Shown piece after piece: positions 24,445 to 37,810 of a stretch of 64,000 bases of DNA; positions within the stretch are counted from its first letter, which is position 1, and each line of letters starts with the position of its first letter. Both the position numbers and the translations under genes were made by a program. The stretch comes from Catajapyx aquilonaris (lineage: Eukaryota). The notes under the pieces were generated by a model. The model was given only the letters and a program-made list of their open reading frames with translations. It made no database searches and was not told where the DNA came from. The stretch is taken from NCBI GenBank assembly GCA_000934665.2, contig KZ538498.1, positions 1-64,000 on the forward strand, given 5' to 3'.

Positions 24445-27400
24445 AAAGCAGTTTTCTTTTAAAGGTGGATTCACACATTTATGACTTTGTGCCACAAGTC
24501 GCTATACTATATGCCTAGCATGGACCACTATTTCTCGGGGATCGGTTGCAATAACTATTTCAGAGATTTCGCAGCTAACTGCCTCGGCCAGACGCAAATG
24601 GATAAAGAGAAAGACGGAACAGGCTGCGTTGCAGGTAGGGATGCAGGCACTTTGGGTAGCGGAAGACGAAGAACGACCAAATATTGTCGCGACGAGGAAT
24701 AGCAAAATTCGGAAAATGTGGGAATCCATTGTTCTGCCCTACATGGCCTACGAATGGCTCCTATTTCTCTACTGTGCCATCATTCCATAATAGTTTACTT
24801 CATGAGCCACAACCGGAAGCAGGGGGCTATCAAAAATATTAGCTGCTAATATAAGGCTTCATGAAAGCATCTCTTCAGGCCCTTATTTATAATGAATTTC
24901 CGAGCTTACGGTGCATTGTGAATGACAAAAGGAATCTCATAATATCCGAGATGAATAAAGAAATTATTATGAACCTCTTTTCGTCCGATCGACCCCCAGT
25001 AGACCCCTGCCTGCCGTATTTGAAATGGCATTCATTTAACCTCATTACTCATTAGCTAATATTCTGTAACATCCGCGTGCACCTGTTTGAAAGTAGCATC
25101 TCTCTAATAAGCAGTTTAAAATTAACTAATTAATTTTTGAAATTTATTTGATAAATTTATTCGACAAAGAGAATTAGGATTGTAATCTGGAATTAGCGGT
25201 TTTCTTTGTACTGTACCTACAATATTCCCCTCTCTGTTATTCGAATAATTTGTTTTTCTCCTCTTTGAGTGCACAATGCTGTACCTGACAGTACCGTCAA
25301 CATCTGCAAACTTGAAATCGGCACTGTAATAATCCACCAACCCCTACCCTTCCCCCTATTCTGAAGTTTATTTGGAATCCCACATAAATTCTCAACTTGT
25401 GTGCAGGGTTTCCCATTTTGCGTCTGTGTCTAATAAATAATCTCCCACCCCCTCTCCCTCCCCCCTTTCATCAACAAAGTTACAAAGCATTACTGCTGGC
25501 AGGGTATTCCGAGATATTGCTGGCGCATTACACGCCCCTGCTGTTTGCCTCATTACTTTGAAAGCATAAAATGTAGACCCATTTTCCCCCTTTGAAGGAT
25601 TCGAAGTAATCATACAAATAAGCTACTTATGGACCTCTGGCACCGAAGTACATTCATTAAGGAGGCAATTAAGGAGGGGAGGCCCTGAATTGTTTGGGGA
25701 TCTGCAGCCAAGGCTTTCCTCCTCTTCTTTGCCTCAAGACAGCGAGGAAGGGTAATCCGGGTTGGAGGGATTGTTACTGGGAAGGAATCAAGTCCCTAGA
25801 CAAGTGGCTTGTTTCCGGGAAAGATTCCTAGGGGTTTTTCGGGGCCCTCCGCTACCAGTCGGGGAGAAGAAGGTGGAAGGAGGGGGAAGGATCCGCCTTT
25901 TGTTCTGGTTGACAGGCGCCTGAGGTGCCACTCCAGACTCCAAGATGGCTTGTTCAGAGACTTCTCTAAGATAGGAGTTACTAGAACAACATTTTGGAAA
26001 CGACCTTGAAACCCGGAGAGCCAATCAACTCCTCTCTGATCCAATCAGATCGGTTGTATCTGTCACAGCCAATCAGGCAGCAAGGCTCGATTTCTGAGAA
26101 TCCCTTGCAAGTAGCCTAACTGATATTATGCAAATCTCAAGTCCCAAGACTCGTTGCGTATACAATTTCATAAAATGGCTCAGTGGAATTCCCCATTTCG
26201 TGGGATATGCTGCTCCGCGCTTTAAGTCTGGGGTTTGCACTACTTGTGGTTAATTGACAGGGAAACTCGGCATAAATAGCTGCAGGATAATTAAAGAGCT
26301 GGAGGAAGTCGTCTGGAGAGAGGATGAACGGAAGGAATGAAAGTGAGCGCCAGTTTCATCACTTTGGTAATGAGCATGCGTTTTCTGGCGATTAACTTCT
26401 CATTGGGTAAATCCACACCTCTGAATATCGTTGCTTCATTCACTTATCCGGGGATAATTGTTTTATGGAAAAGGCAATGTTTCGAGGGAAATTGGATGGT
26501 GCTATGCAGAAAGGATCCGCCTCCAAATTAAAAATTATTGACGCCATTGCCAGCGGAATACACAAGCACTATGGAGAAAGTTTATGCTGGATAGAAGTTT
26601 CGAGGGGCTCTAATGTCACTGCTTCAAAATAAACTTTGTCATTAACTCTCGCTCAGTGTAATCACAAACGAACAATATTACGGCATGAAGCAACAGGTAC
26701 AGACAATATTTCTAGTTTAATATCTGCTTCCAGAATAATAACAATTAGGAAGTGTCTCTCATATGCAAAATTTTGTTAGGGACACAAAGATTTCCATAAA
26801 ATTATTTGTGCCCATTGGCTTGTACAATTTGTCGTGCCCTAATGTATATTTAATGTGCCACTAGTTTAGAGCTAACATAATCCGAAATATCTCGCGAGGT
26901 GAATAAATATGGAGTCTACACTATTTTAGTTACTATTTTTAAATGTTCAATATTTGTGCCTTATTGCACCTAATTTTGCGCAGGATTATCAATTTTCTCA
27001 ATAATTAGCCATTTTTATCGTCAAAAACCGGGCTTAAGAGTGTAAAAATGTGAGTACAACATTCATTCATCCCTTACGATGTATTTTGCCTAATGATTGG
27101 TTGGATCCTTTCTGCGAAACACCACCCAATTAATCCAATTATAGTTCTAACAAACGAGGGTTCAATGCTGAGTTTGAGTATCGATTACCGTGCAACCAAA
27201 AATGGCTCAATCAAAACCGCTATACGTTGGGACCAGCATCAAGATTCCAACAAAACTGGGTGGGGTGCCTATACCCAATTTCCCACGCTCCACAAAAGAT
27301 TTAGGTGGACATTGTTCCCAAACCTTCCTTCTTGTAACCCCCTACCCTTCTCTTATTCCTCCGTCTCCTTATTCTCGTTTAATAACCCCTCCCCTCCTTG

Positions 27401-27686
27401 TTTGCCAACTTGTTTTCCTCTTTCGTGCCGACTTGTTTACACCCTCTGTGCGTCAATATCAGGTGGTAAACAGGAGGGATGAAATGTGTCGGTGCCAGTA
27501 ACTCACTTCCTTTAGTTTTTATCCTTTAAAAAATGGCATAACTTGGTGAGAAAATTAATCTGATCTTGAATCCTATTGATAAAGATTCCTATAAGGAGCC
27601 AGCAAGCCAGGATTTTCTGTCTTCACTAGTAAGCAACTTGTGAATTCCACTTGTGTACCCAAGAATTGACAATTGAATAGGAACAC

Positions 27687-27901
27687 CAAGGGGTTAGCAA
27701 CTTCCCAAAAAAGTGTACACCAGATCCTGGAACCGGGAGCTTCCACCCGGCTCCATGCCGGTTCCATGCCGGCACCATGTCGGCACCATGTCGGCACCAT
27801 GTCGGCACCATGCCGGTTCCATGCAGGTTCCATGCCGGTTCCACCTGGTTCCTTGGCCAGTGTGTACACCGCACCGGTTCTACGGAGTTGCTAACCCCTT
27901 C
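27687..27901. mobile_element. Family B-related TIR element with an internal 11-bp minisatellite (GGCACCATGTC/GGTTCCATGCC)
   Basis: CAAGGGGTTAGCAACT ... AGTTGCTAACCCCTTC, 8-bp flanks AGGAACAC/AGAAACAC. AAAGTGTACAC and GTGTACACCG motifs bracket the array, as in the copies at 22014 and 37949. Confidence 0.8.
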
Positions 27902-29229
27902 AGAAACACCCTGTTTTTTTTCTTTGTTTTTAACTTTTTATTTTATTTTTTAAAGTGTGAGAGAAAAGAGAAGGGAATGGAGGTACAGCATGTGCTTCCA
28001 CGTTTTGTTTCCCTGCCCGAGTCCGAATCATAAAACAACAGTCGGAGGGTTTGTCTCCGGGCCCTTTTGCATGATGGATAAAGGGGGCGCCCGTTACGCG
28101 AGTGAAGCGTGAATCAAGTTCATATTCCTGCCCCAAGCAAATGGCCGCCCATCCATCCCCACAAAACATTCCAACCAGCTGCGCCGACACTAAGTAAGAA
28201 CAACGCTCCCGTATTTACCAAGTGGTCATAAGTGTGACACAGAAAAATGTACCTTCCACAAAAAAAACGTCCATTGTTCAACAATAATCAGATTTCTGCA
28301 TCTAGCTTTTGACTAATCTTGTTCAACTTCCTTTGACACTTCCTGCCGCCATTTTCCAATGAGAACCGGCATTACAAAGGTCCTTTGAAGAAGGCCCTCT
28401 ACTGGACTCCTCCAAAATTTATCGGCGTCTGTCCATTGAGAAGGCCTAAAATCCGATTGGGGGGGTCATTTTGGTTGCTGGGGGCTCTTCGAAAACGTGT
28501 CCAATAAGGGGTTAGTCTGCATTCAGAAGAGAAGCGGTTTATATGACGCCCAACCATTGTGAGTTGCCAGCTGTAGAGAGGGCCGGGACCCCGGAAAAGT
28601 AAATTGAATGGTACGGAACAGGAAGGAGGAAATGGAAGTGCTTGTTTGGCCGATTTTTATCCCCTTTTTGCTATTTTTCCACCCCCTTTAGGACCTTATT
28701 TTTTCTGGGGCCTGTACAGAAGGTGGACTGGCCTTTTATTGCTTCCTTTTTTCGGACTATTTGTCTTATTTTTTTTCTCTCCTCCACCCCTCCCTCCCCA
28801 TGGTTGGAGATCGATGGCCTCGATGAAAGGACATGCAAATGGAGAGGGTTTGTAAGGGCGCAGAGGCCGTCACTTGAATTTGTCAAATGGGCTTGATTTA
28901 GCTATTGATGGGAGAAGTGAGAAAAATGGCGGGGGTTTTTCTGGCGGGCATAGCCTTGATATGGAAACCGACCATTTTGCAAATGGACCTGCTTGGCAAC
29001 TACATCAGACCTGTGCTACTGTCAGCCGAGTCAGATGACCACATTATGATAGGCTAAAGTTAGTCAAAACTTGGTGTAACAATGCCAGGAATGTTATAGA
29101 AAAATCTAACAGTTTGTTGATATAATTTGTAAGACTTTTTCTCACCGTCCGTCCATCATCTGTGTGTGGACAGGTATCAGGGCCTAAACCGCAACGGATA
29201 GCGACAAACGATTTTCAGATTCCGATTAA

Positions 29230-29642
29230 AGGGACACTCCACTCAAAAAACAAGTTTGGCTCTAAAAATCGGGGTAAAAATCATGAATCCGAAGGTGTAA
29301 TCCGTTTTTCGCTACGCGGAACGGTAATCCCAGGGCGAGGGGTCAAAGTGGGGAAATTCAAATAGTGCGCTAGAAGCTGGCCGTCCGCCAGCGACGCCCT
29401 CGGGACCTTGGGAACTGGAGGCCTGCTCCCGCCTTCCCGCGCGCTTAGGCCCATCCCAGAGCGGTGCAGCCCTCCAGTTCCCCTGTTCCTCGCGTGGCGG
29501 CGCCACTCATTAGCAGACGACACACTTTGACACCTCGCCCTGGGATTACCGTTCCGCGTAGCGAAAAACGAATTGCACCGTCGGATTCAGGATTTTTCGC
29601 CCGATTTTAGAGCCAAACTTGTTTTTTGAGTGAAGTGTCCCT
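29230..29642. mobile_element. Kolobok-like MITE with ~120-bp TIRs
   Basis: TTAA|AGGGACACTCCACTCAAAAAACAAGTTTGGCTCTAAAA ... TTTTAGAGCCAAACTTGTTTTTTGAGTGAAGTGTCCCT|TTAA. A TTAA TSD with AG..CT ends fits Kolobok rather than piggyBac (CC..GG). Confidence 0.85.
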
Positions 29643-30703
29643 TTAAGTGTGACCTAAGTTAGTTTCATGGTCAACTTCCGGTGATTTACCACTTCCGGTT
29701 TTCCTGGTTCACTCTATCCGCACAAGTCTACTTAACGGCCGGGTTATCGAAAGTAGTTTTTCTGGATTCCTGACCAAGTGCGTTGGGGATTTACCCAGGG
29801 TTTTACCTGGCGCTCAAGCACATGTGCTGTGGAATTAATTCAAGACGTTGGACATGTTTGCGATGCGCGTCCTCAGCAGGCATGATGTTATCGCCCAGGC
29901 CGATACTGGAATCGATACGTTGTCTAGGTTACGATATCTCGTTATCGATATATCGATTTACATGCTCATACTTGAAAGAATCATTTATTAAATCATTCTG
30001 CCTAAAATGATTGCGATTGAAGCTGGCAACAAGTTTCCAGTGTATGGAAATAAAAAGGTCATTCCCAGCACCTTTGACAGTATGTCCTTTAAAAAAGGTA
30101 TGTCGCAGCAAAACTTGCCACTATTCTTGGACAACACCCGACAGGATCAAGGCGTGTCATCTATTTTTCCGCCACCCTATCAAAAAGTGTGTATCTGCAG
30201 TCCCCCGCAAGAAAGAGAAGAGGGAGGGGTGATTCCAGGGTCCACTCACCATCCACCATTGACATATGTCAGGAACGGATAATTAATGTCCATCTGGCAA
30301 GGGTAGCCGAATAATGTCACTGAGAGAGGAAGGAGAGTGATAAATGGGCTTCGATTGGGCAAGAGGAGGGTAATTGCCGGTTGGAATGACGTCGCTAAAA
30401 GGCTTTTCCCAGCCCCGGGATGCCAAAAAGCGAGGGCCACCAACCTCCGTCACTCTTTTTTGGTCGCGCCAGGAAGGTTTCTAACTTGACTTAGTCGCTG
30501 ATTGCCTGTTTCCTCATCGCCAGAAACTTTCATATTGACCCATTTCAAATTGAAATTCCCGCTGACTTTGGAGCTGGCGGGTAGAGTGCATTAAACTCTT
30601 ACCTACTCGGCTGGTTCCCATTAACCTTATTGTGCACCTCACTGGATCAAGGACACGAGCTGCTCCGGTTCACTGCATCTTGACTAGGTTTTTGGTATAA
30701 AGT

Positions 30704-30765
30704 ACGCTGCTCCACGCTACTCGACCCCACGCCACTTTACCCCACGCCACGCTGCCCCACGCCAC
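30704..30765 (+). repeat. Short tandem repeat, ~15-bp unit GCTGCCCCACGCCAC (4 copies)
   Basis: Directly visible. Confidence 0.75.
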
Positions 30766-33262
30766 CGTACGTCACGCTGATATCAGCCCTGACTCACCCT
30801 GTATCTTATGAGAATAGGGGCGGACAGAATCTTGAGCGTAGAATGGCCGCAATAATTTGATTGCAGAAGGCGGTTCACTCTGGTGGATTGCCTGTCTATA
30901 GCATGCTGTGTCAACCCATTTGCTAATTCTGATGCTTTGAAGCGCCACAAAACTTAACAAGGCATTTGACAAGGCTCGAATAATCTTAACCACAACACTC
31001 GAATGCATGGCCTCTATAAGGTGCGCTTGATCATTCCTGCTCCATGGGGTTCAGACCTAATCAAAGTGAAAGTTTTGCCAATCTGGTCGGAATGGGGGTA
31101 CAACCAGCCATTCCCATATCAGATGGATGCGTTTGTTCAGGTGACAATGCCCCCTCCCACACTTGCTCTGTTTTAGAGCACTAAAGCATGGCTGTTTCCA
31201 ATTAGGGATGAACGATAAAATGCACTCCAAGTGCAGTTGTGTTACCCCCCCACTCTCGTACCACCCAACCGGTACCGCACCCCACTCTCCAGGCATGAAA
31301 TTAATTAATCGCCTTGGATTTTGCCGGAGCTGCTGTTGTGCGGTGTCATGTACCTAGTTTTCAGGCCTGCGTTGCGGTTTTGTCAGCCCAAGAGGCAAGG
31401 ACCGGTTTTAATTGCGGTACAGATTGAACATGTAGGTATCAGCATATGACAAATATTAGAAATTGAGTGTTTTTTTATCAAGTTCGCAATTTAATTGGTG
31501 GTGGTAGGTAGACCATGGGAGTTCCAATCTGAGCTCATCTTCCCTAGCAACCTCGAGCGGGGAACAAACTGAGCTAAACCAAACGTATCCGTGACAGATC
31601 GCGGTGTCGGAGAAAAACAGAGAGTAGGGTATGGGGTAGGGGCTTCGGATGGTCAATTCCGCACTCAGATAACCCAGTCAGCCGTCAGGAGGTGTTTTCT
31701 CTCGCTTCCATGGACTCGGTGGGGGCCTAGCTAAAACTGGGGTTCTAAAAAAATTCCTCTATTGGCACCCCCCACTCCACTTGTAAACCAGGGTTCGAAA
31801 AGGGGAGATGGCCACTCATACTACCAGTGCTAATCAACTCCTGTAATTAATTTCCCAGCTTTGGCGATCGAAGACCGGGCGCCTAATTTCGCGGCGGGGG
31901 TAGGTTGGTTTTAATTCAAGATTTCAGGTTATCAGCGGCGGCATGATTAACCCCGGAACTTGTAGACCGGATTAGGCTGGAGCCCCCTTCAGACCCCATC
32001 CTCGTGAGAAAATGTTATTGACATAACGGAACTCGAGTGAAATTAAAACTTTCTGAGAGCACGAGCTGCAGTATTGGAATATGTTGAGGATCAAACACAT
32101 TCTTTCATATTTTTTAAAAATTCACATTTTTACTAATTTGAAAAACTATAGCTAAAAAATACGGCAGCAGCGTTATTCATGAAAACCTTCCAACTGCTTT
32201 GTAATGCTGTAACACATGAGCACATAGCAGCGGAATCGGGACAATACACTGCAAACATAACAGGTTTCCCCAAGGTTTCCCTTGATTGATTTTGGGAAGT
32301 GCATGAAATGTTTGACCGAAGCATATAACCCTGGCTAGATAGAACTGAATACATACTCGTAAAACCGAGGTTGGTTGTACTGGAGTAAGGCTTGGTCTGG
32401 CGCAACGCACTTTCCTTCCAGTCCCCTTTAAAAGGCTATGCTTTTGAATCGTGGGTTCCCTACCCTGTATGGATGTGGCGGTGGGGAAAATGACTTGGCA
32501 GTAGATTTAATTGTACGACAAAACCGCATTTCATCAATTTCCACCCATACATTAACTGGGGTATGTTTGGCAGAAAAATGCCGGCCCACTGGCGCACTGC
32601 CATGTGTTATTTCCCAGGAGGGTGTGCGGGGCTACGGCTCCCAATGGAACTCGCCGGAGAACAAAAAAACACTCGCAGCCTTGAATCCTCTCTCCAACCA
32701 CCCCCTGGAACCATTCAGTGAAAACTTTCAGCCAAATCTAATGCAGGCATGCACCACCCGCAAGCATTTGTACATTTAAAACAACACTCCAAATGTCCAT
32801 TTTCAGCCATTTTTTTAAATATTCAGGCGACACGTGCTTCGGTCGCATTAAGATTTATTTTCTTTGCTTTCGGCAGATCAAAATGGTGGACCAGGTTCGG
32901 CCAAAAAAACACAACCCGGATCTTTTTATGGGTTTAATTCAATTTTCCGGGCCTAACACAAGTAGTCGGCAAGCAATTCACCTGAATTCTCCGGTGTACA
33001 ATGCTCCGCAATCCGTAAGCAACTGCGCTTTATAATTAATCGGCTCTAATGGAATTAAACCGTCTTTTTCCCCGGGAGGCTCCTAATCGTCCCGAACAAC
33101 AAGACGACGCTCTTTTTCCTCCCCTCGCCCCTCCACAAACCGTTTGTATTTTTCATGAGCCCTGTTTACATCAAATTAACCTCAGTCATTACACGAATTG
33201 GAATCAACTCGTTTGATCAGAAAAGGGTATTGACTCTTACAGCCTGATAGTAGGCCGGAACA

Positions 33263-33452
33263 ATGGTGGCACCCATCAGGAGCGGCAAATTGGTGGCACC
33301 CATCAGGATGAGCAAGATCATGAGCAAGATGGTGGCACCCATCAGGATGAGCAAGATCATGAGCAGATGGTGGCACCCATCAGGATGAGCAAGATCATGA
33401 GCAAGATCTTGGCACGCATTAGGAGGAGCAAGATGGTGGCTACCCATCAGGG
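33263..33452 (+). repeat. Minisatellite, 28-39-bp unit GGTGGCACCCATCAGGATGAGCAAGATCATGAGCAAGAT (~6 copies)
   Basis: Tandem units, with an internal duplication of ATGAGCAAGAT in the central copies. Confidence 0.9.
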
Positions 33453-35875
33453 GGTGGCCACGTGGGAAATAGTTATTCCAGAAAATTAAATATGAATCCC
33501 AACTGCCTCGTGTTGATCCATTAAAAATCGTGAGCTAAAATGTGACAAGTCCCGAGTGAATAGAGGAGGAGCAGAAAAACTCGGGGTCTTACACTTCGTC
33601 TGTCGTCCATCTTTTTCCAGTCCCCTGGAGACTTGTGGGGCGGGGGGTAGGGGGAGCTTCATGAAAATTTTGTCAAGCTGTCGACTTTCTCTGGCGAATC
33701 CATCATGCAAGGCCTAAGGAACGGTGGGGAGGGCGATGGGGGTGACAAGTGGATGGGCGTCTCGGAAAGGAAGACGCTGCGCCAACTTATTAGGTTTATA
33801 GTCTGCAAGAAAAAGGCGCCAAAAAAGAAACATGTGAAAAAGCCATTGTTGAGGACCCCCAGGAAATAAGGGCGTCTTACTTAAGGGAGAATATGGATGA
33901 GATATAGTGTATTTTTTATATATATAAATCCTCCCCCGCCCTCTTCCTTTTTGCTGGCTGGAGGGGAGGAGGCGGGGAGAGGTAGATGTGCAGGACATCA
34001 AAGGAAGGCTAGCGATGACTAGAACCAGCTGATCAAACAGGGACTCTCTGTTCGTGCTCAATTCCTTCTCTTTGACACGCCCAATGTTTCATTCAGCAGG
34101 TGGGGAGCAGTAAAGAGGGGGTTTTCCGTGGAGGATATACAGACATGAAGGCCTGGCTGTGATTCCAGGAAACATCCCGTTCTTGCCGATGCATTCCTGA
34201 AAGTTTGGCTGATGGCCGGTTTGATAATTTTTTAAAAACCTAGCCCTCGAGGTGTGATTGGCGTCAATTAGTATCTGAAAATTTCGGCAACTCCTTCTAG
34301 TCCTCATAATTATCACAAGTTTTCCAAGTCTGACAAGGGGGAAAACTTGGAAATCTGGCACTTTCAATTTTTGAAATGAGAAAGTTTTGCTCCAGACTCG
34401 CATTTCTCAGCCTCAACTGTAGTTTCAACCCCATTTTTTTCCGTTCCTTCTTGGTCGCAATCTCAATGATCAAAAACAGAATAATTCACCATTATTTCCT
34501 TTCGTCTTCCTATTGATTTTCCCGTCTGGGCCATGCCGCACGTGACGGGACAAGAAAACCTGCCTAGCTTGCTTGGTGCAAGTGACAAGAGATCTGGCTT
34601 CCTCCTGAGGAGGTTAACAGGCCAAAAATATCAGATGCTGCAAGGAACACAAATCCAAGGTTGACAATGGACAATGTTTGTCGTAGCCTTTCTATGGGCA
34701 TGGAGGGTATACCTACTGATGATATAAGTCGCGATAAAAAAGAAGCCTTTTCATCCGAACGACGTCACAATACATTTAATTCAGTGACAGTTACCAAATC
34801 GAGTTTTGTAGAATTCCTCAACTCCTCGACATTTTTCACCTCAATAAACCTGTCACCAGCTTTTCGCAACTCGCAGGGTTACTGCAATAATTCCGAGCAG
34901 CACTAAAGTTATCCACAATCCAGGAGGGGTCCTAAAAAAGCGCCATTTCCGTGACCAAAACTCCGACTAAGGCTTCCACTCTGAGTCGAAAAAAAAAACT
35001 CTACCCCCCTCCCCTTTTCCCCGCTTTCCCCTACTCCTTCCTCCTGAGCAACTTGAATGGCTGGCGTGCAAAAGGCGCCTCCATACATGCACCAGGAAAG
35101 AGCACAATCGAAGCCCTATTTACAACACCCTGCTTCTTTATCGTTCCATCCTTACTTTGAGGAGTCGGCAGGGGTAGGGGAGATGGAGAGTAGGAGTAGG
35201 GGGTAGGAGTTTGCCAAAGAGTGCAGGGTTGTTAAAGGCGGGGCTTACCATGTTCCGGGCTCATTCCGAGGCGCCCGGAACTCATCGTGGTTTATATGGC
35301 GTGGGGTCGTAAAGCTGCATGCAGGGGCGTACAGTTAACTACCTTAATTTCTTGTCCAAATCCTCAGACCTCTCTAGGATTTTGCGTCCATATAGTACAA
35401 TAAGGGGAAGTATTAAGAAAAGATAAGGAGGCGTCGTACATGCACATAAGCACCACCTTCTAGAGCTTGGATTGTGTTGTGAGAGGGACCTGTCAACCTG
35501 GAGTGACACAGGGTGTGATTCTGGAGGTCGAAAGGCACGCGATGTATCATTTTTTGGTGGGGACAATGATGACAGTTTCATTGTTCGGTACGGTGATATA
35601 CTTTCAATTGTCTGGAGTAAGTATGGCAATTTCGTGTCTGGATTGACCAAATTAAACCTGCTAAGGAGCTCTTTCCAGTGAATCATTCTGTTGCTGTCAT
35701 ACGTACGCAAGTTTGGACGTTCCAACGTTAATTTCTGAATCTATTTTTGTCGAAATGAGGGGTCTGAGATTTTAAAAAACCGAATAAGTCCATTATTGGA
35801 GGATGTGACACAAATACGTGCAGCAATTTTCTATTTTAATATCATTTACTATTAATTGCACATTTCCGTGTGTAT

Positions 35876-35970
35876 CAACAGTTCAAAAAGAATGGTCCCT
35901 AACTGGTTCCTTTCATCCTGACGCGTGGCTGCCCGCTCGACGCGACGGGACAATTCTTTTTGAACTGTTG
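35876..35970. mobile_element. Small MITE with a 24-bp TIR
   Basis: CAACAGTTCAAAAAGAATGGTCCC versus GGGACAATTCTTTTTGAACTGTTG (23/24). The TSD is not clear. Confidence 0.7.
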
Positions 35971-36221
35971 TGAGCTGTGGCAACATAGACGTAAAAGGTT
36001 TCAAGGTTGTACCAGTGAAAGCAATTTAATGAGCAGTTTTTGCTCAATTTACGACCAGTTTTTCGAAGTGGACTTAGCAGTTTTTTTTATCTCCTACCCC
36101 TCATATTATAACAGTCCTTTAAACGAGAGAATGGTCTGACGTCACGTTCATCCCGCCTCCACCCGGTTCTTCCCTCCTATCAAGTCCCCGAATCACTCCG
36201 CTGCGCATGTTCAGAAAACAC

Positions 36222-36600
36222 GGTTGTATGTGGAGGTGCAGTATGTGTTCTTGTCTTCAATAAGCTGTGGGACCGGAAATATGTGTTTTTACTGTAACTG
36301 TGAAACTCACAATTTCTCTTGTGGTGACACTTTGGGTCCCCACATCTTCACACACCAGAACGTTACCGTTATAGTGGGGACATGTCCCCACAATTTCGAT
36401 TTGCAGGGTTTCACAAAAGTCAATTTATCTCAGCCTAGTTTAGTTAGGGTAGGGTAGGTTAGGTTATAGGTTAGGTTAGTCAACACTAGCTTCTAAAAGT
36501 TCAGTTTTCAACGTCCCCATAGCTTATGGAGTGCAAGACTGTGTGGAGATGGAGGCTGTATGTGGAGGTTCGACTGTATGTGGAGGTGCACTGGCACAAC
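36222..36600. mobile_element. Degenerate repeat with TGTATGTGGAGG sub-repeats and a TTAGG-like tract (possibly a non-autonomous Helentron/HINE-like element)
   Basis: TGTATGTGGAGG occurs at the 5' end and in tandem at 36541-36590. Also a GTGGGGACATGTCCCCAC palindrome, (GGTTA)-like run at 36437-36480, and a TTTT right flank. The classification is inference. Confidence 0.4.
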
Positions 36601-37810
36601 TTTTAAGTTGAAACACACATTGGATGAACACCAGACTTAAGGTGATGTCCTAACCCAACACTGTCACTCTTGGCACATCTCCCGAAAAAAGTCCAACCCC
36701 TAAAAACCTGGAAAGTTAAAAAAAAGACGAAATCCCCCTCCCTACCCCTTCTATCCTTAAAAAAAACTGCAAAGTTTCCCATCGGTGCCAAATGCAGCGA
36801 GGGAGTGATTGAGAGACTTTTCGCGCCGCAGGTCTTTGAAATCCTCTTGGTTTTGTTGGCGGCTGGGACCAGACGAAGACGACCAGTAGAAAAAAAAGAA
36901 GGTGGTGGGTGGTTGGGTGGAGAAGCATCGCCAGGGCGCGTTACGAGGCATTTGAGCATGCCGGAGCCGCTTACATTGTGCAGTATCACACAATTCCGAG
37001 CAGTCATCCCGTCGGCGATGACAATTTCCCTCAGGGCAGACTCCATTCCAAGGGGGGAGCCCTAGCGATGAAAACCCGGATATTCCCACGCCGGCATCAT
37101 GTTAAGAAAGTTTGGGTTTTGCCTTCAGGGGTCATATCCACGGTGCCAAACTTTGAATTACAAATGGTGTCCAGGTGATCAGATATCGCCATTTGGTCAG
37201 ACATGCAAGGTATCACCATCTGGTCAGACACAAGGAGCAGGAGGAATAATGCAGAAGCTACAAAACCCCCCCCTGTCTACCCCCCTCCTGTCCCTATCTC
37301 CCCTCCTCTCCCCACCTCAGCACCATAGCGCCATCGATCCCTTGGCGCCTTTTCCGCTTCGCGCGCGCGCCCAACCTTCATTCCCCAGGACTTATCCAGG
37401 TTAATGTCACCACCGCCAAATTGCAACTCGAGCCAGGAAGTTGTGCAGATGCCCTGAGCAGAAGCGCAATTTTCTACGAGAGGTGTGCTGGATATTGTTT
37501 TTCAAGGGTTTTTTTTTCTGGCGCCTGCTTGGGGGGGGGGGGGGGTTACCACAAGTTTCTTTTCTTCGATGCTTAGTTTTCAACTTGGAGCAAATTTTTG
37601 GGATTTCAAGGGTTAGTCAGGGTTTTATTTAAACAATTCTGGTTTGAACTTATGCCACGTTTGTTCATAGCCCTATAGTCCTGAAGGTATGGGGTGGCTG
37701 TGATGCGACTTCATGATTGCAGTATTTCGACCGATATTCAGCTGCCAATAGTGTTCCTAGATGATTCTACTGTAGACTCAACAATACTCGGATGAGCTCA
37801 TGAATTTATA

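Noticed and set aside
23075..33452. Tandem arrays (16-, 11- and 39-bp units) as CRISPR arrays
   Set aside because: The units are contiguous without unique spacers, there are no cas genes, and the context is eukaryotic.
35339..35725. 128-aa minus-strand ORF with protein-like composition
   Set aside because: I recognise no family motif and have no splice or start evidence; it would need BLASTx to support.
36437..36480. Interstitial arthropod telomeric (TTAGG)n array
   Set aside because: Short, degenerate and embedded in a repeat-like element; not a true telomeric array.
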